Of a DNA stretch of 64,000 bases, positions 9,865-19,173 are shown piece by piece. Numbering within the stretch: position 1 is the first letter of the stretch; the number at the start of each line of letters is the position of its first letter. The stretch lies in NCBI GenBank assembly GCA_044226015.1, contig JBGAHS010000011.1:210601-274600 (forward strand), read 5' to 3'. The notes below the pieces were generated by a model. The model was not told the DNA's origin and made no database searches. It saw nothing but the letters and a program-made list of their open reading frames with translations. Source of the stretch: Candidatus Obscuribacteraceae bacterium. GTDB taxonomy: Bacteria; Cyanobacteriota; Vampirovibrionia; Obscuribacterales; Obscuribacteraceae. A program made the translations under genes and the position numbers.

Positions 9865-10789
9865 CTAGCACCACATCTGGTTTCAGCACATATTCATTTG
9901 CAGTTTGCACGAATACTTTGCAAATAGCAACTAGCTTTTGCGAAAACATGACCATGCAATGGAATTCGCCTGATTCGGGGACATTCTTATGGTTTTGAAA
10001 TCTTGATGTATCAACAGTCAACGTCTGACCAAATCCAAGCCTCCTGAACTCATCCTCTTCCAACTCAATCGATGGCAAATCAATCTTGCTCTGCGGAGCA
10101 ATGAGCTTTTCTAAGTACACATCAGCCACAGCCAGAGCTTCAAGCTCAGTGCTTGAGTCCAACGCAAAGGCACCAGCTCGTTCGCGCTCAAGAGCTGACA
10201 AGCAAGCAAGAGATCCAAGCTGCTCACCCAGGTCACGCGCAATTGATCTTATGTACGTTCCACTTGAGCAATGAATGCGTAAATCGAGAACCGAGCCAAC
10301 GAAATCAAGAATTTCAATTGAATAGACTGTGACATGACGCAAAGGAATTTCAAGAGGAAGCTCTCCCTTGCGGGCCAGCTTGTACAGCCGTTCTCCATCA
10401 ACATGTACCGCTGAATACGCTGGAGGACGCTGACTTATATTTCCCTTGAAAGATGGCAACAGCTCTTTAATCTGAGACAGCGTCGGAACAAGTTCACTAG
10501 TTGCAACTACTTTCCCTTCAATATCGTCGGTGTCTGTTTGCTGCCCAAAGAGAATTGATGCCCGATAGACCTTATCGTCAGGAAGGAAGCGCAAGAGACG
10601 ACAGGACTTACCTATTGCTATAGGCAATACACCGCGTGCCATCGGGTCCAAAGTACCTGCGTGACCGACCTGTCTAATTCCTGTAATTCGACGCACTCGT
10701 CCTACAACGTCGTGAGCCGTCATACCTGAAGGCTTGTATACGTTCAAAAAACCGCTGTGGTTGGATGGATTCTTCTTAGATTTCGCCAC
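9845..10789 (-). CDS. truB: tRNA pseudouridine(55) synthase
   Basis: KPSGMTAHDVV, GHAGTLDP, PPAYSA, SSGTYIRS. Confidence 0.97.
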   Translation of the reverse strand: MAKSKKNPSNHSGFLNVYKPSGMTAHDVVGRVRRITGIRQVGHAGTLDPMARGVLPIAIGKSCRLLRFLPDDKVYRASILFGQQTDTDDIEGKVVATSELVPTLSQIKELLPSFKGNISQRPPAYSAVHVDGERLYKLARKGELPLEIPLRHVTVYSIEILDFVGSVLDLRIHCSSGTYIRSIARDLGEQLGSLACLSALERERAGAFALDSSTELEALAVADVYLEKLIAPQSKIDLPSIELEEDEFRRLGFGQTLTVDTSRFQNHKNVPESGEFHCMVMFSQKLVAICKVFVQTANEYVLKPDVVLDDGRAD

Positions 10790-11129
10790 GAGAGATCTTG
10801 TTCAACAAAGCTGAAACTTGCGCGCCCCGTTCCAGCGAATTGTCGAGTTTGAAGGTAACATCTGGAGCGAATCTGAGCTGTAGTCTGCGGCAAATTTCAC
10901 CACGCATCTGTCCGGCATGATCATTCAACGCTTCAATAGTGCTCTTTTGTTGCTCTTCAGCACCATAAACAGAAATGAAGATTTTAGCCCTGCGACAATC
11001 GTTAGAGCATTCTACATCTGTAACTGATACCAAACCACCAATGCGTTCATCCTTAAGATCACGCATGATCATTTCGGAAACTTCTCTCTTGATTGATTGA
11101 GCAACTCTCAAATGACGGGGAGTAGACAT
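10776..11129 (-). CDS. rbfA: Ribosome-binding factor A
   Basis: RVAQSIKRE...KDERI...LRFAPDVTFKLDNS; position between infB and truB. Confidence 0.96.
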   Translation of the reverse strand: MSTPRHLRVAQSIKREVSEMIMRDLKDERIGGLVSVTDVECSNDCRRAKIFISVYGAEEQQKSTIEALNDHAGQMRGEICRRLQLRFAPDVTFKLDNSLERGAQVSALLNKISRGEI

Positions 11130-11161
11130 TTTATAGCCCCCTATATTCTATTGGTGTAAAA

Positions 11162-13822
11162 CTATCTTTCGCGCTTCTTTTCTTGAATAACGAAAGCATG
11201 AATCAAATCGCCAATTTGAACATCGGAGAACTTCTCACAGCTAATTCCGCATTCAAATCCTGTCGCGACTTCCTTGACGTCGTCCTTAAATCGCTTGAGC
11301 GTATCGATTTTGCCTTCGTATATTTGCTGTCCAGCGCGCTCGATTCTTGCGATCGAACCACGTTGAACCTTGCCATTGAGAATGTAGCAACCAGCAATCA
11401 TCTGATTCTTTCCAAACTTGAATACCTGACGAACTTCGGCAGTACCAAGTTGAACTTCCTCTCTGATCGGCTGCAAGAGACCTGTGATAGCACGTTCTAA
11501 GTCATCGATGATTTCATAGATGATGTTATAGGTGCGAATATCAACTCCAACATTTTCCGCGGCATTCTTGGCATTATTGTCCGGTTGAACATTGAAGCCA
11601 ATGATAATTGCATTTGAAGAAGTAGCCAGGTTAACGTCGTTTTCAGAAATATCGCCAGTTGCAAATCTGAGAAGACGAACTTGAACTTCTTTAGTGCTCA
11701 GCTTGCGCATCTGATCGCCAATCGCTTCTGCGGTACCCAACACATCGGCTTTAACGATGATGTTGAGGTCTTTGACTTCGCCTTGCTCAACGAGGTCATG
11801 CAGCGATTCGAGTGTAACTCTGTGCGAGCGCTTTTCGACTTCAGCCTGCTTACGTTGCTCAGCCATCTGCTTCGCGAGTTGAAGATCTTCATATACTTCA
11901 AACGAATCACCAGCGCGAGGAACTTCAGGCAAGCCCAAAACCTCTACCGGCATTGACGGTCCGGCAGCACGAACCTGTTGTCCGCGGTCGTCCAACAACG
12001 CTCTTACTCTTCCGAACACGCCACCGGCAACAATAATGTCGCCCATGCGCAGAGTTCCATTTTGAACGAGCGCTGTAGCAACAGCACCTTTACCGCGATG
12101 CAATTCTGCTTCCACGATAACGCCGGTTGCAGTCTTTTCCGGGTTTGCCTTCAAATCTTGCATGTCTGCGACAAGCAAAATCATTTCAAGCAATTCATCA
12201 AGCCCTGTGCGCTTTTTAGCGGAAACATTTACGGTAACGGTTTCTCCACCAAATCTGTCAGGAAGAATTCCGTGTTCCATCAACTGATTCAGAACTCTGT
12301 CGGGGTCTGAGCCAGCTTTATCTACTTTGTTAACAGCAACAATAATAGGAACGCCGGCAGCCTTAGCATGGTCGATTGCTTCGATCGTCTGAGGCATGAC
12401 ACCGTCATCTGCTGCTACTACAAGAATCGCAATATCTGTACAGCGGGCACCTCTGGCTCTCATCGCGGTGAAAGCTTCGTGACCAGGAGTATCAAGGAAG
12501 ACTACCTGTCTTAGTTGACCATCTTCGCCAGTGACTTCGACGTGATAAGCACCAATGTGCTGCGTGATACCACCAGCTTCAGAATCGGTAAGCAAGAACT
12601 TGGTTTGACGAATTGCGTCTAGCAAGCTCGTTTTACCGTGGTCAACGTGACCCATAATGGTGACAACTGGAGGACGTGGAACCAGGGCTGCGCGTTCGTC
12701 ATCGCTGAGATTTTCTTCAGCCTGACGCTTTTCAGCCTTCAGCTCTTCTTCTTTCATCTCTTCTTCGAGTTTGATGTCTTCAACGCTTTGAAGGTCATAA
12801 CCCATTTCGACTGCCAGTTCACGCGCCAGCTCAAGTTCAACAGTCTGGTTGATGGTACGCATAAAGCCCTTCATCATCAGACGCTTGATAATTTCACTTT
12901 CGCCAACCTGCATCTTGTCAGCAAGTTCTTTGACAGTAATTGCGTTTGTAAGCGCAATTTCTTTTGGAATTTCTATAGTTGCAGCCACAGGCTTGCTCTT
13001 CTCTTCTCTCTTTTCAGCATGTCTCTGACCACCAGCAGGTCTGTGCTTCGGTGGTCTTGGTGGAGTAGCTCTCAAAGAAGGAGCCGCGATACGGGATGGT
13101 GTAGGAATCGATGGGCTCATTGGGCGCATAGCCTGCAATTTCTTTGACCCCTTCGTGTCCTTATCTTGTTCATCCTTTTTTGTTTCAACTGATTTTTCCT
13201 CGACGACCGCAGCTGGAGGTGCCGCCGGTGGAACCGGCTCTGGCTCAACTGCTTTAACAGGCTCTGCTTCTGGTTCAGGAGCTTTCTCCTGAACGGGCGG
13301 AGCATCTACTTTTACTTCTACTGGTTCTGGAGCAGGCGCTTCAGGTTCAGCCTGTTTTTCCAGCACTGGTGCAGTGGCTTCTGCTGCTGGTTCTGGTTTA
13401 GCCGGTGTCACCTGGTCTACAGGTGCAGCAGCAGGCTTGCCCTGAACTACAGGTACCGAACCCGGCTTGTCAGGAGGAGCTACTGCGGCTACTGGCGCTT
13501 CTTCTGCAACAGGCTCTACAGCTTGCTGCGGCTTATATCTTGCAAGGACTCTGGGCTTTACAGCAGGTGCCGGTGGTGCCGAAACTCCTTTTGCAGCGGG
13601 TTTCGCACCAGATTTGCTGGCAGTACTAGCTGGTTTTGCTTGTTCTTTGGGTTGCTTTTTCTTGTTCACATGAGCAATGAAAAGCCCCACGGCTTGCCTG
13701 TCAACCGTGCTCGAGTGGCTCTTTATGTCGTATCCGAGCTCGCGAAATCCTGTGATGACATCCTGGTTTGTCAGGTTCATCTGGCGCGCTAACTCGTAAA
13801 TTCGAACACGGTCGTCCATCAA
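11162..13822 (-). CDS. infB: Translation initiation factor IF-2
   Basis: RIYELA N-terminus, RPPVVTIMGHVDHGKT, DTPGHEAF, NKVD, C-terminal GFECGI. Confidence 0.98.
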   Translation of the reverse strand: MMDDRVRIYELARQMNLTNQDVITGFRELGYDIKSHSSTVDRQAVGLFIAHVNKKKQPKEQAKPASTASKSGAKPAAKGVSAPPAPAVKPRVLARYKPQQAVEPVAEEAPVAAVAPPDKPGSVPVVQGKPAAAPVDQVTPAKPEPAAEATAPVLEKQAEPEAPAPEPVEVKVDAPPVQEKAPEPEAEPVKAVEPEPVPPAAPPAAVVEEKSVETKKDEQDKDTKGSKKLQAMRPMSPSIPTPSRIAAPSLRATPPRPPKHRPAGGQRHAEKREEKSKPVAATIEIPKEIALTNAITVKELADKMQVGESEIIKRLMMKGFMRTINQTVELELARELAVEMGYDLQSVEDIKLEEEMKEEELKAEKRQAEENLSDDERAALVPRPPVVTIMGHVDHGKTSLLDAIRQTKFLLTDSEAGGITQHIGAYHVEVTGEDGQLRQVVFLDTPGHEAFTAMRARGARCTDIAILVVAADDGVMPQTIEAIDHAKAAGVPIIVAVNKVDKAGSDPDRVLNQLMEHGILPDRFGGETVTVNVSAKKRTGLDELLEMILLVADMQDLKANPEKTATGVIVEAELHRGKGAVATALVQNGTLRMGDIIVAGGVFGRVRALLDDRGQQVRAAGPSMPVEVLGLPEVPRAGDSFEVYEDLQLAKQMAEQRKQAEVEKRSHRVTLESLHDLVEQGEVKDLNIIVKADVLGTAEAIGDQMRKLSTKEVQVRLLRFATGDISENDVNLATSSNAIIIGFNVQPDNNAKNAAENVGVDIRTYNIIYEIIDDLERAITGLLQPIREEVQLGTAEVRQVFKFGKNQMIAGCYILNGKVQRGSIARIERAGQQIYEGKIDTLKRFKDDVKEVATGFECGISCEKFSDVQIGDLIHAFVIQEKKRER

Positions 13823-13831
13823 GGTCCCCCC

Positions 13832-14212
13832 TTACTGGGATGTATTTTGGCATGTTTCTAAGGTATCTGTACAAAAAGATCGCAGTGTGTGAATGAGTTG
13901 TGACTCAAGCGGCCAGACAATTTGCCTGCGAGAAGCCTGATTCTTTGGCTTTCTCCCCTCCAGAGCTATCCTCAACCGATTGCCTTTCAGTGCCTGCTCA
14001 ACGCATGTTATGTTGCGACACAAATAGGCGGATCGACCGCAAACAAAGCGGTCTTGAGGTTTACCTTCACACAAATGAACTTTCTGACTTTTGTAATCAA
14101 ACGTAAGACGAATCAGTTCATTTCGCGATATTTCTCGTCGACAAGCGACACAAATGCGCGATCTGAACTTACTTTCATCTTTATTTTTTCTTTCGTCTTT
14201 CAGTTCAGGCAC
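13832..14212 (-). CDS. ylxR: YlxR/RnpM family RNA-binding protein
   Basis: RICVACR...ELIRL...GRSAYLC; position between nusA and infB. Confidence 0.88.
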   Translation of the reverse strand: MPELKDERKNKDESKFRSRICVACRREISRNELIRLTFDYKSQKVHLCEGKPQDRFVCGRSAYLCRNITCVEQALKGNRLRIALEGRKPKNQASRRQIVWPLESQLIHTLRSFCTDTLETCQNTSQ

Positions 14213-14268
14213 CTCATTACATCATAACACTTACATTATGCAAACGTCATGAAAAGTACGTCTCTGTG

Positions 14269-14303
14269 GAAACGGGGCAGTGCTAGGCACTACCCCTGGT
14301 TTC
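14269..14303 (-). promoter_or_regulatory. Stable stem-loop between nusA and ylxR (attenuator, terminator or processing site)
   Basis: Minus strand GAAAC-ca-GGGGTAGTGC-cta-GCACTGCCCC-GTTTC. Confidence 0.5.
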
Positions 14304-14333
14304 ATTTACTTCAGAATTTGCTGCAGTCAGCCC

Positions 14334-15455
14334 CTAGCGCTTGCTGGCATTGTCTGCCACTTTGAACGAACCATCCGCCTGGCTCTTAGACTTGATGTCT
14401 ATTTTCCAACCGGTCAGCTTGGCGGCCAGTCTTACGTTCTGTCCACCACGTCCAATTGCCAGACTCAACTGATCATCTGGAACAATGACTTCGGCGCGTT
14501 TTCCGCCGCCTTCGTCTTGATCATAGAGAGCAACAGTTTCAATTCTTGCTGGGCTCAGAGAATTTGAAATGTAATCAACTGGGTCAGTAGAGAAGCGAAT
14601 TACGTCAATCTTCTCGTTTCTCAATTCAGCGACAACGTTTTGAATTCTGACGCCGCGCGTGCCAATGCAAGCTCCAACTGGGTCTACATCAGGATCTTCC
14701 GAATGAACGGCAATCTTGGTGCGATATCCAGCTTCTCTTGCAATTGAGCGAATTTCGACTGTTCCATCTTCGATTTCCGGAACATATAGTTCGAAAAGTT
14801 CACGTACAAGTTCTGGATGGGCTTGCGACACGATAATCTGCGGAACACGTCCAGACTCGCGTAATTCGAGAACATAAACGCGAACACGATTTCCGACGCG
14901 ATAGCTATCGCCAGGCAATTGTTCTTTGCTGGGCATGCAGCCTTCAACGCGACCAAGGTTCACAATTACGTTGGTGCGATTGTCGCCAACAACTTCGATA
15001 CGCTCGATTTGACCAGTTGTACAAGTACCTTTTCTGGCCTCAAATTCCTTTTTGATCAACTCTTTCTCTGCTTCTCTCAAACGCTGAGTTATGAGTTGTT
15101 TTGCGGTTTGCGCTGCTATTCTTCCGAACTCGGAGAAGTCAGCCGGCGTAACTTCAATTTCCAGAACTTCACCAGCAGTAACGTCCGGAATCAAGTCACG
15201 GGCTTCAGCCAAGCCAATTTCGTGATACTCATTTTCAACTTCTTCAACAACTTCTTTAGGAGCGAAAATGCCGATTTCACCTGTCTCTGCGTCAAAGATA
15301 GCTCTAACGCCTTCCACATCATGATCTGGAACCTTTTTCTTGTATGCTGCAACGATAGCGTCACAAACATAGTTGATGAATTCCTCTTGTGGAATATTGC
15401 GTTCCCTTTCGAGCTCTTCTGCGGCTTCGAGAAGTTTATCGCCAATTTTGATCAT
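14334..15455 (-). CDS. nusA: Transcription termination/antitermination factor NusA
   Basis: FGRIAAQTAKQ, AREAGYRTKIAV, DPVGACIG.RG.RI, LSLAIGRGGQNVRLAAKLTGWKIDI. Confidence 0.98.
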   Translation of the reverse strand: MIKIGDKLLEAAEELERERNIPQEEFINYVCDAIVAAYKKKVPDHDVEGVRAIFDAETGEIGIFAPKEVVEEVENEYHEIGLAEARDLIPDVTAGEVLEIEVTPADFSEFGRIAAQTAKQLITQRLREAEKELIKKEFEARKGTCTTGQIERIEVVGDNRTNVIVNLGRVEGCMPSKEQLPGDSYRVGNRVRVYVLELRESGRVPQIIVSQAHPELVRELFELYVPEIEDGTVEIRSIAREAGYRTKIAVHSEDPDVDPVGACIGTRGVRIQNVVAELRNEKIDVIRFSTDPVDYISNSLSPARIETVALYDQDEGGGKRAEVIVPDDQLSLAIGRGGQNVRLAAKLTGWKIDIKSKSQADGSFKVADNASKR

Positions 15456-15520
15456 ATTAGTACTCCGTATTTAGTTGTTTATTCAGTTGTACATGTGAGT
15501 TTGAGGGATTCCGTATGATC

Positions 15521-16114
15521 CTAATTCAGCTCAAACTCGGGGTCTGAACCAGTATCATCATCATCAAAATCGCCTGTGATATCAGGAGCCTTGAGCTTGA
15601 CGCTCGAAACTCTGCTGAAGTCCAGTTCGACACTTGATGGATATTCCTGTTGAGCAAGCGCCGCTTTGGCTTTGCCCTTCTTTGGAAGATTCTCCTTACT
15701 GATAATCGGGCGAGGATTATCAATCGTGAGAGTTCCATTGCTCAGAGAATTGAGCTTGCCAGTTATGAAATCGCCCAGCCCTGGCTTGGGGTCTTTTATC
15801 TTCACTTCGACATCGTCGCCAGCAAAGATTGCGAACTCCCTTTCGGTTTTCAGCTGTCGCTCAAGCCCAGGGCTTTGAACGTCCAGCATGAAACTACCTT
15901 CAAGCAGCGGAGGGTCTTGTTCGTCCAGGACCTTGTCAAGACGACGACTTATCTCCTCGCAATCATCTAGTGATATGCGCCCGCCTTTACGACAGATTGT
16001 TACTTCGAGAATTCTTCGCTTCCCTTGCTGAGTCAGACGGATGTCAACTATCGTTAGCCCCAGCGGGGAAGCTTCATTTTCGGCTAGTGTGAGTATTTCG
16101 CTTAAATTTTGCAT
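15521..16114 (-). CDS. rimP: Ribosome maturation factor RimP
   Basis: ISLDDCEEISR, LDVQSPGLERQL; upstream of nusA. Confidence 0.94.
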   Translation of the reverse strand: MQNLSEILTLAENEASPLGLTIVDIRLTQQGKRRILEVTICRKGGRISLDDCEEISRRLDKVLDEQDPPLLEGSFMLDVQSPGLERQLKTEREFAIFAGDDVEVKIKDPKPGLGDFITGKLNSLSNGTLTIDNPRPIISKENLPKKGKAKAALAQQEYPSSVELDFSRVSSVKLKAPDITGDFDDDDTGSDPEFELN

Positions 16115-16251
16115 TCGTGAAATTGTTCCGCTTGCAGGAGTTACCTACAAGAGGTGAAATGGCAACTTGCCGTAGACTACTCATGTGTCTACGACATAAC
16201 CTAGCTATTCCGTTTAAAAGTATAACATGACAAGAAGTCTGGGGACAACAT

Positions 16252-16755
16252 ATGGCTTCAAATGTGCAACTGAGCAATAGACAACGTAAAGTGAAGGTAG
16301 ATACCAAGTGGTTTCAGTCTGCGGCGGATGAGCTGTTTGAAGCTGTTCTATCTAACGTAAAAAACAAGCCTGTGCCATTCGTGAAGCGTAAGCAACTAAA
16401 ACGAATTGCTGAGTCAGGAATTTTAAGTGTTGTTTTAGTAAGTAATAAACAGATTCAAAAACTGAATAAAGAGTGGCGTGGAAAAGACTATGCCACAGAC
16501 GTTCTTTCCTTCCCGCTCGATCTCGATTTCACCATGGATGGTGTCCCCTTCGAAATGGGCGAGTTGATCATTTCAGCTGAAAAAGCATTGGAACAATCAA
16601 AGGACTACAAACACAGTTTTGAACGAGAGATGACTTTCCTCTTCGTACACGGTTGCTTACACATTCTGGGTTTCGACCACATGACGCCTTCTGATGAGAA
16701 AGATATGTTCGGTAGGCAAAAGGAGATATTGAATCAGTGTGGTTATGCACGATGA
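16252..16755 (+). CDS. ybeY: rRNA maturation RNase YbeY
   Basis: LNKEWRGKDYATDVLSF and HGCLHILGFDH. Confidence 0.96.
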   Translation: MASNVQLSNRQRKVKVDTKWFQSAADELFEAVLSNVKNKPVPFVKRKQLKRIAESGILSVVLVSNKQIQKLNKEWRGKDYATDVLSFPLDLDFTMDGVPFEMGELIISAEKALEQSKDYKHSFEREMTFLFVHGCLHILGFDHMTPSDEKDMFGRQKEILNQCGYAR

Positions 16756-16898
16756 AATGTTAGTAATGAGTAAATTTTGATCTAATACCACTAATTGTTA
16801 GCTAGGAATCAACTCAATTGCCCGTTCCTGTGCTATCGTCGAAATGGCAAGAGCAAATATACAGCAGCTTATCTGCAACTTATAAAACAGGAATCCCA

Positions 16899-17363
16899 AT
16901 GAGGCGCGCAACAAAAGATCGTTCAAATGTAAGAGATTTGGTTGAACCAAGTCCTCAACATTCATTGATTCCGCGAGCCTGGCGTCGGCGCGTAGAAAGA
17001 ACTTCGAGTCTTGTCGAATCTTTCTATCATGCAATTCGGGGACTCGCTGTTGCATTCAGTACTGAACGAAATCTAAAAATTCATTCTGTTCTTGCTGTCT
17101 GTGCTGTCGGTCTTGCCATTTACCTGGGCTTTGATGCAGTCAGCTGGTCCTTGCTATTCCTAGCTATTGGGCTGGTTATAACAGCAGAGCTTTTAAACAC
17201 GGCACTGGAAAAGTCAATTGACATGTTTACCGGTGGAGAGTTCAACAATCTTGCCAAAGACGCGAAAGATATTGCAGCTGGTGCTGTGGTTTGTGCATCA
17301 CTCGCATCTGTGGGAATCGGCTTAGCACTATACATTCCGCGGCTCACAGCACTTTTTCACTAA
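16899..17363 (+). CDS. dgkA: Diacylglycerol/undecaprenol kinase family protein
   Basis: SFYHAIRG...ERNLKIH, ELLNTALE, AKDIAAGAV; follows ybeY. Start uncertain. Confidence 0.9.
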   Translation: MRRATKDRSNVRDLVEPSPQHSLIPRAWRRRVERTSSLVESFYHAIRGLAVAFSTERNLKIHSVLAVCAVGLAIYLGFDAVSWSLLFLAIGLVITAELLNTALEKSIDMFTGGEFNNLAKDAKDIAAGAVVCASLASVGIGLALYIPRLTALFH

Positions 17364-17386
17364 TTTAATTGCTATCTTAGAAATGG

Positions 17387-17417
17387 AAAAATGCTGACCT
17401 ATGAGTCAGCATTTTTT
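17387..17417. terminator. Intrinsic terminator (possibly bidirectional)
   Basis: AAAAATGCTGAC-ctatga-GTCAGCATTTTTT. Confidence 0.8.
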
Positions 17418-17437
17418 GTATCTCCAACTCGACAGAT

Positions 17438-18244
17438 ATGATTGAACTAGAATTTCTTATCGACCCCTTCACTATCGTTCAGCAAGCTCTGGGTAAGCCG
17501 CTTTCATCAGCGGAAGACAACTCAATCTTTTACAATGAAGCGGAAACACGAACGCTAAATACCTTTATTGAAAAAGCCAAAAGCCTTGATTTTGCATCGT
17601 ACATGTTTTTTGCGGGCAGTTCTGACGAAACAGTACTGGCATGCGCTTACGAAAATATCGACTTGAAGCAACTCAGCCAAAGACTGGGGAAATTTATCAG
17701 CGACTTAATTGATGATGCATCCTTCAAACCGGTTCTTGAAGCATGCATGAAAGCCCGGGAGAAAGTAGAAGTTGAATGGCTTTCAAGCTACGAAAAAACT
17801 AGCAAAGAAATGGAACTACTGACCGGACTAACTTTTTCCAAAAAAATAGACGTGCTGATAACACACCCGCAACAGAGGCAGGGAAAAAACTGTAACGGTA
17901 TCATTTTATGGACAGCAAGATCTTCTTTTCCAAATTACACAACCATTTATCTCTGGCATGAGATCATGCACAGCTTTATGAAGCCACTTAACGAAAGTGA
18001 ACTCAGCGAACGTGTAGCTCACTCAGTAATTCAGCTTTGTACTGACAACGAGTTGCGCGTTCGATTGAATGGTGGCACATACCCACCATTTGAAGGGCAC
18101 GCCTATTGCAAAGCAACTGAATCTGCGTTGTTAAAAGAATGGCAAGTGTACTTAAACTCCAGCAATAGAAACATTATCAAGTTTCAGAAAGATGCGGAGA
18201 GAATTGAACTAAAACGAGAAAAACTGGAGGACAAAAGGAAGTGA
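17438..18244 (+). CDS. Hypothetical protein with HExxH zinc-metalloprotease motif
   Basis: LWHEIMH followed by a downstream His (VAHS); no signal peptide. Confidence 0.65.
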   Translation: MIELEFLIDPFTIVQQALGKPLSSAEDNSIFYNEAETRTLNTFIEKAKSLDFASYMFFAGSSDETVLACAYENIDLKQLSQRLGKFISDLIDDASFKPVLEACMKAREKVEVEWLSSYEKTSKEMELLTGLTFSKKIDVLITHPQQRQGKNCNGIILWTARSSFPNYTTIYLWHEIMHSFMKPLNESELSERVAHSVIQLCTDNELRVRLNGGTYPPFEGHAYCKATESALLKEWQVYLNSSNRNIIKFQKDAERIELKREKLEDKRK

Positions 18245-19080
18245 ATCTCTCGTTTGAACTGAATCCGTACTTTCTTGCATATTACACGATCGCGAATTCC
18301 AGCTCATCACGATTTATCAGCGGAATGGCAAACCCAGATGTGGTGGCATTCCAGAATAGAGCATGGTCAATTAATAAAGAAAGCTATAAGCTGACGAGGG
18401 AAGTTAACTTCTTTCCTTTACTTACGAAAAAAGTCTTCGAACAGGGTGAATTGCAAAAGCAGCTTCTAGTCGCAGATTCATTTCTGAAAGAGATCATGAA
18501 AGACAGTACTTTTGAGGTGATAGTGCGCCAGACAAACACAGCGCTGGTTTCACTTCGTCATAAATGGGAAGCACAACTCTTCAAATCAGCTGCTGCCCTA
18601 ACACTCATCACACGACTAGAAGACCCTACGAAGGAAGTGAACGCCAGCAAGGCATTTGTAATTCATCCCTCGCAACGTCCTTCAAATAAACCGAATCAAA
18701 AACTCATCTGCACCATAAGCGGTACCACAGACGAAACGCTATTTGAACTATGGTTCTACCTGTTGATGCGAATCATTCCAGTCTCGCATAAAGGAGATGG
18801 AATGGAGAAGGATCGAGTTTGGGTAAAGGGATTAGTTTGCAGATTTGTAGTGGCTGAGCTTCGAGCAATTCTTAGCAAGACTTCTTATCCACCATTCGTT
18901 TCTATACAAAACGATGAGGATTGGGACTACGCACTGAAAGAACTCACAGAACTCTTGCCTCTATGGAAAGACTATCTGGCTTGCAAGAGTGACTGGAAAA
19001 CCAAGAATATAAATGATTTCACAGACGAACTGACCATAGAGCGTTTGGGCTATTACAAAAAGCGCAAAGAACAAAGCTAA
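18241..19080 (+). CDS. Hypothetical protein, paralogue of the upstream gene lacking HExxH
   Basis: GTG start overlapping the upstream stop; shares HPxQR, ELR...YPPF and W..YL...NI..F blocks. Confidence 0.65.
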   Translation: MNLSFELNPYFLAYYTIANSSSSRFISGMANPDVVAFQNRAWSINKESYKLTREVNFFPLLTKKVFEQGELQKQLLVADSFLKEIMKDSTFEVIVRQTNTALVSLRHKWEAQLFKSAAALTLITRLEDPTKEVNASKAFVIHPSQRPSNKPNQKLICTISGTTDETLFELWFYLLMRIIPVSHKGDGMEKDRVWVKGLVCRFVVAELRAILSKTSYPPFVSIQNDEDWDYALKELTELLPLWKDYLACKSDWKTKNINDFTDELTIERLGYYKKRKEQS

Positions 19081-19173
19081 GGCGTCGTTTACAGTGATAA
19101 AATAGACATCTAGCGGACGGTCGATAGTCAGCTCGACGCCGTGACTGTACTGTTGAAAACCAGAGGTTAGCTA

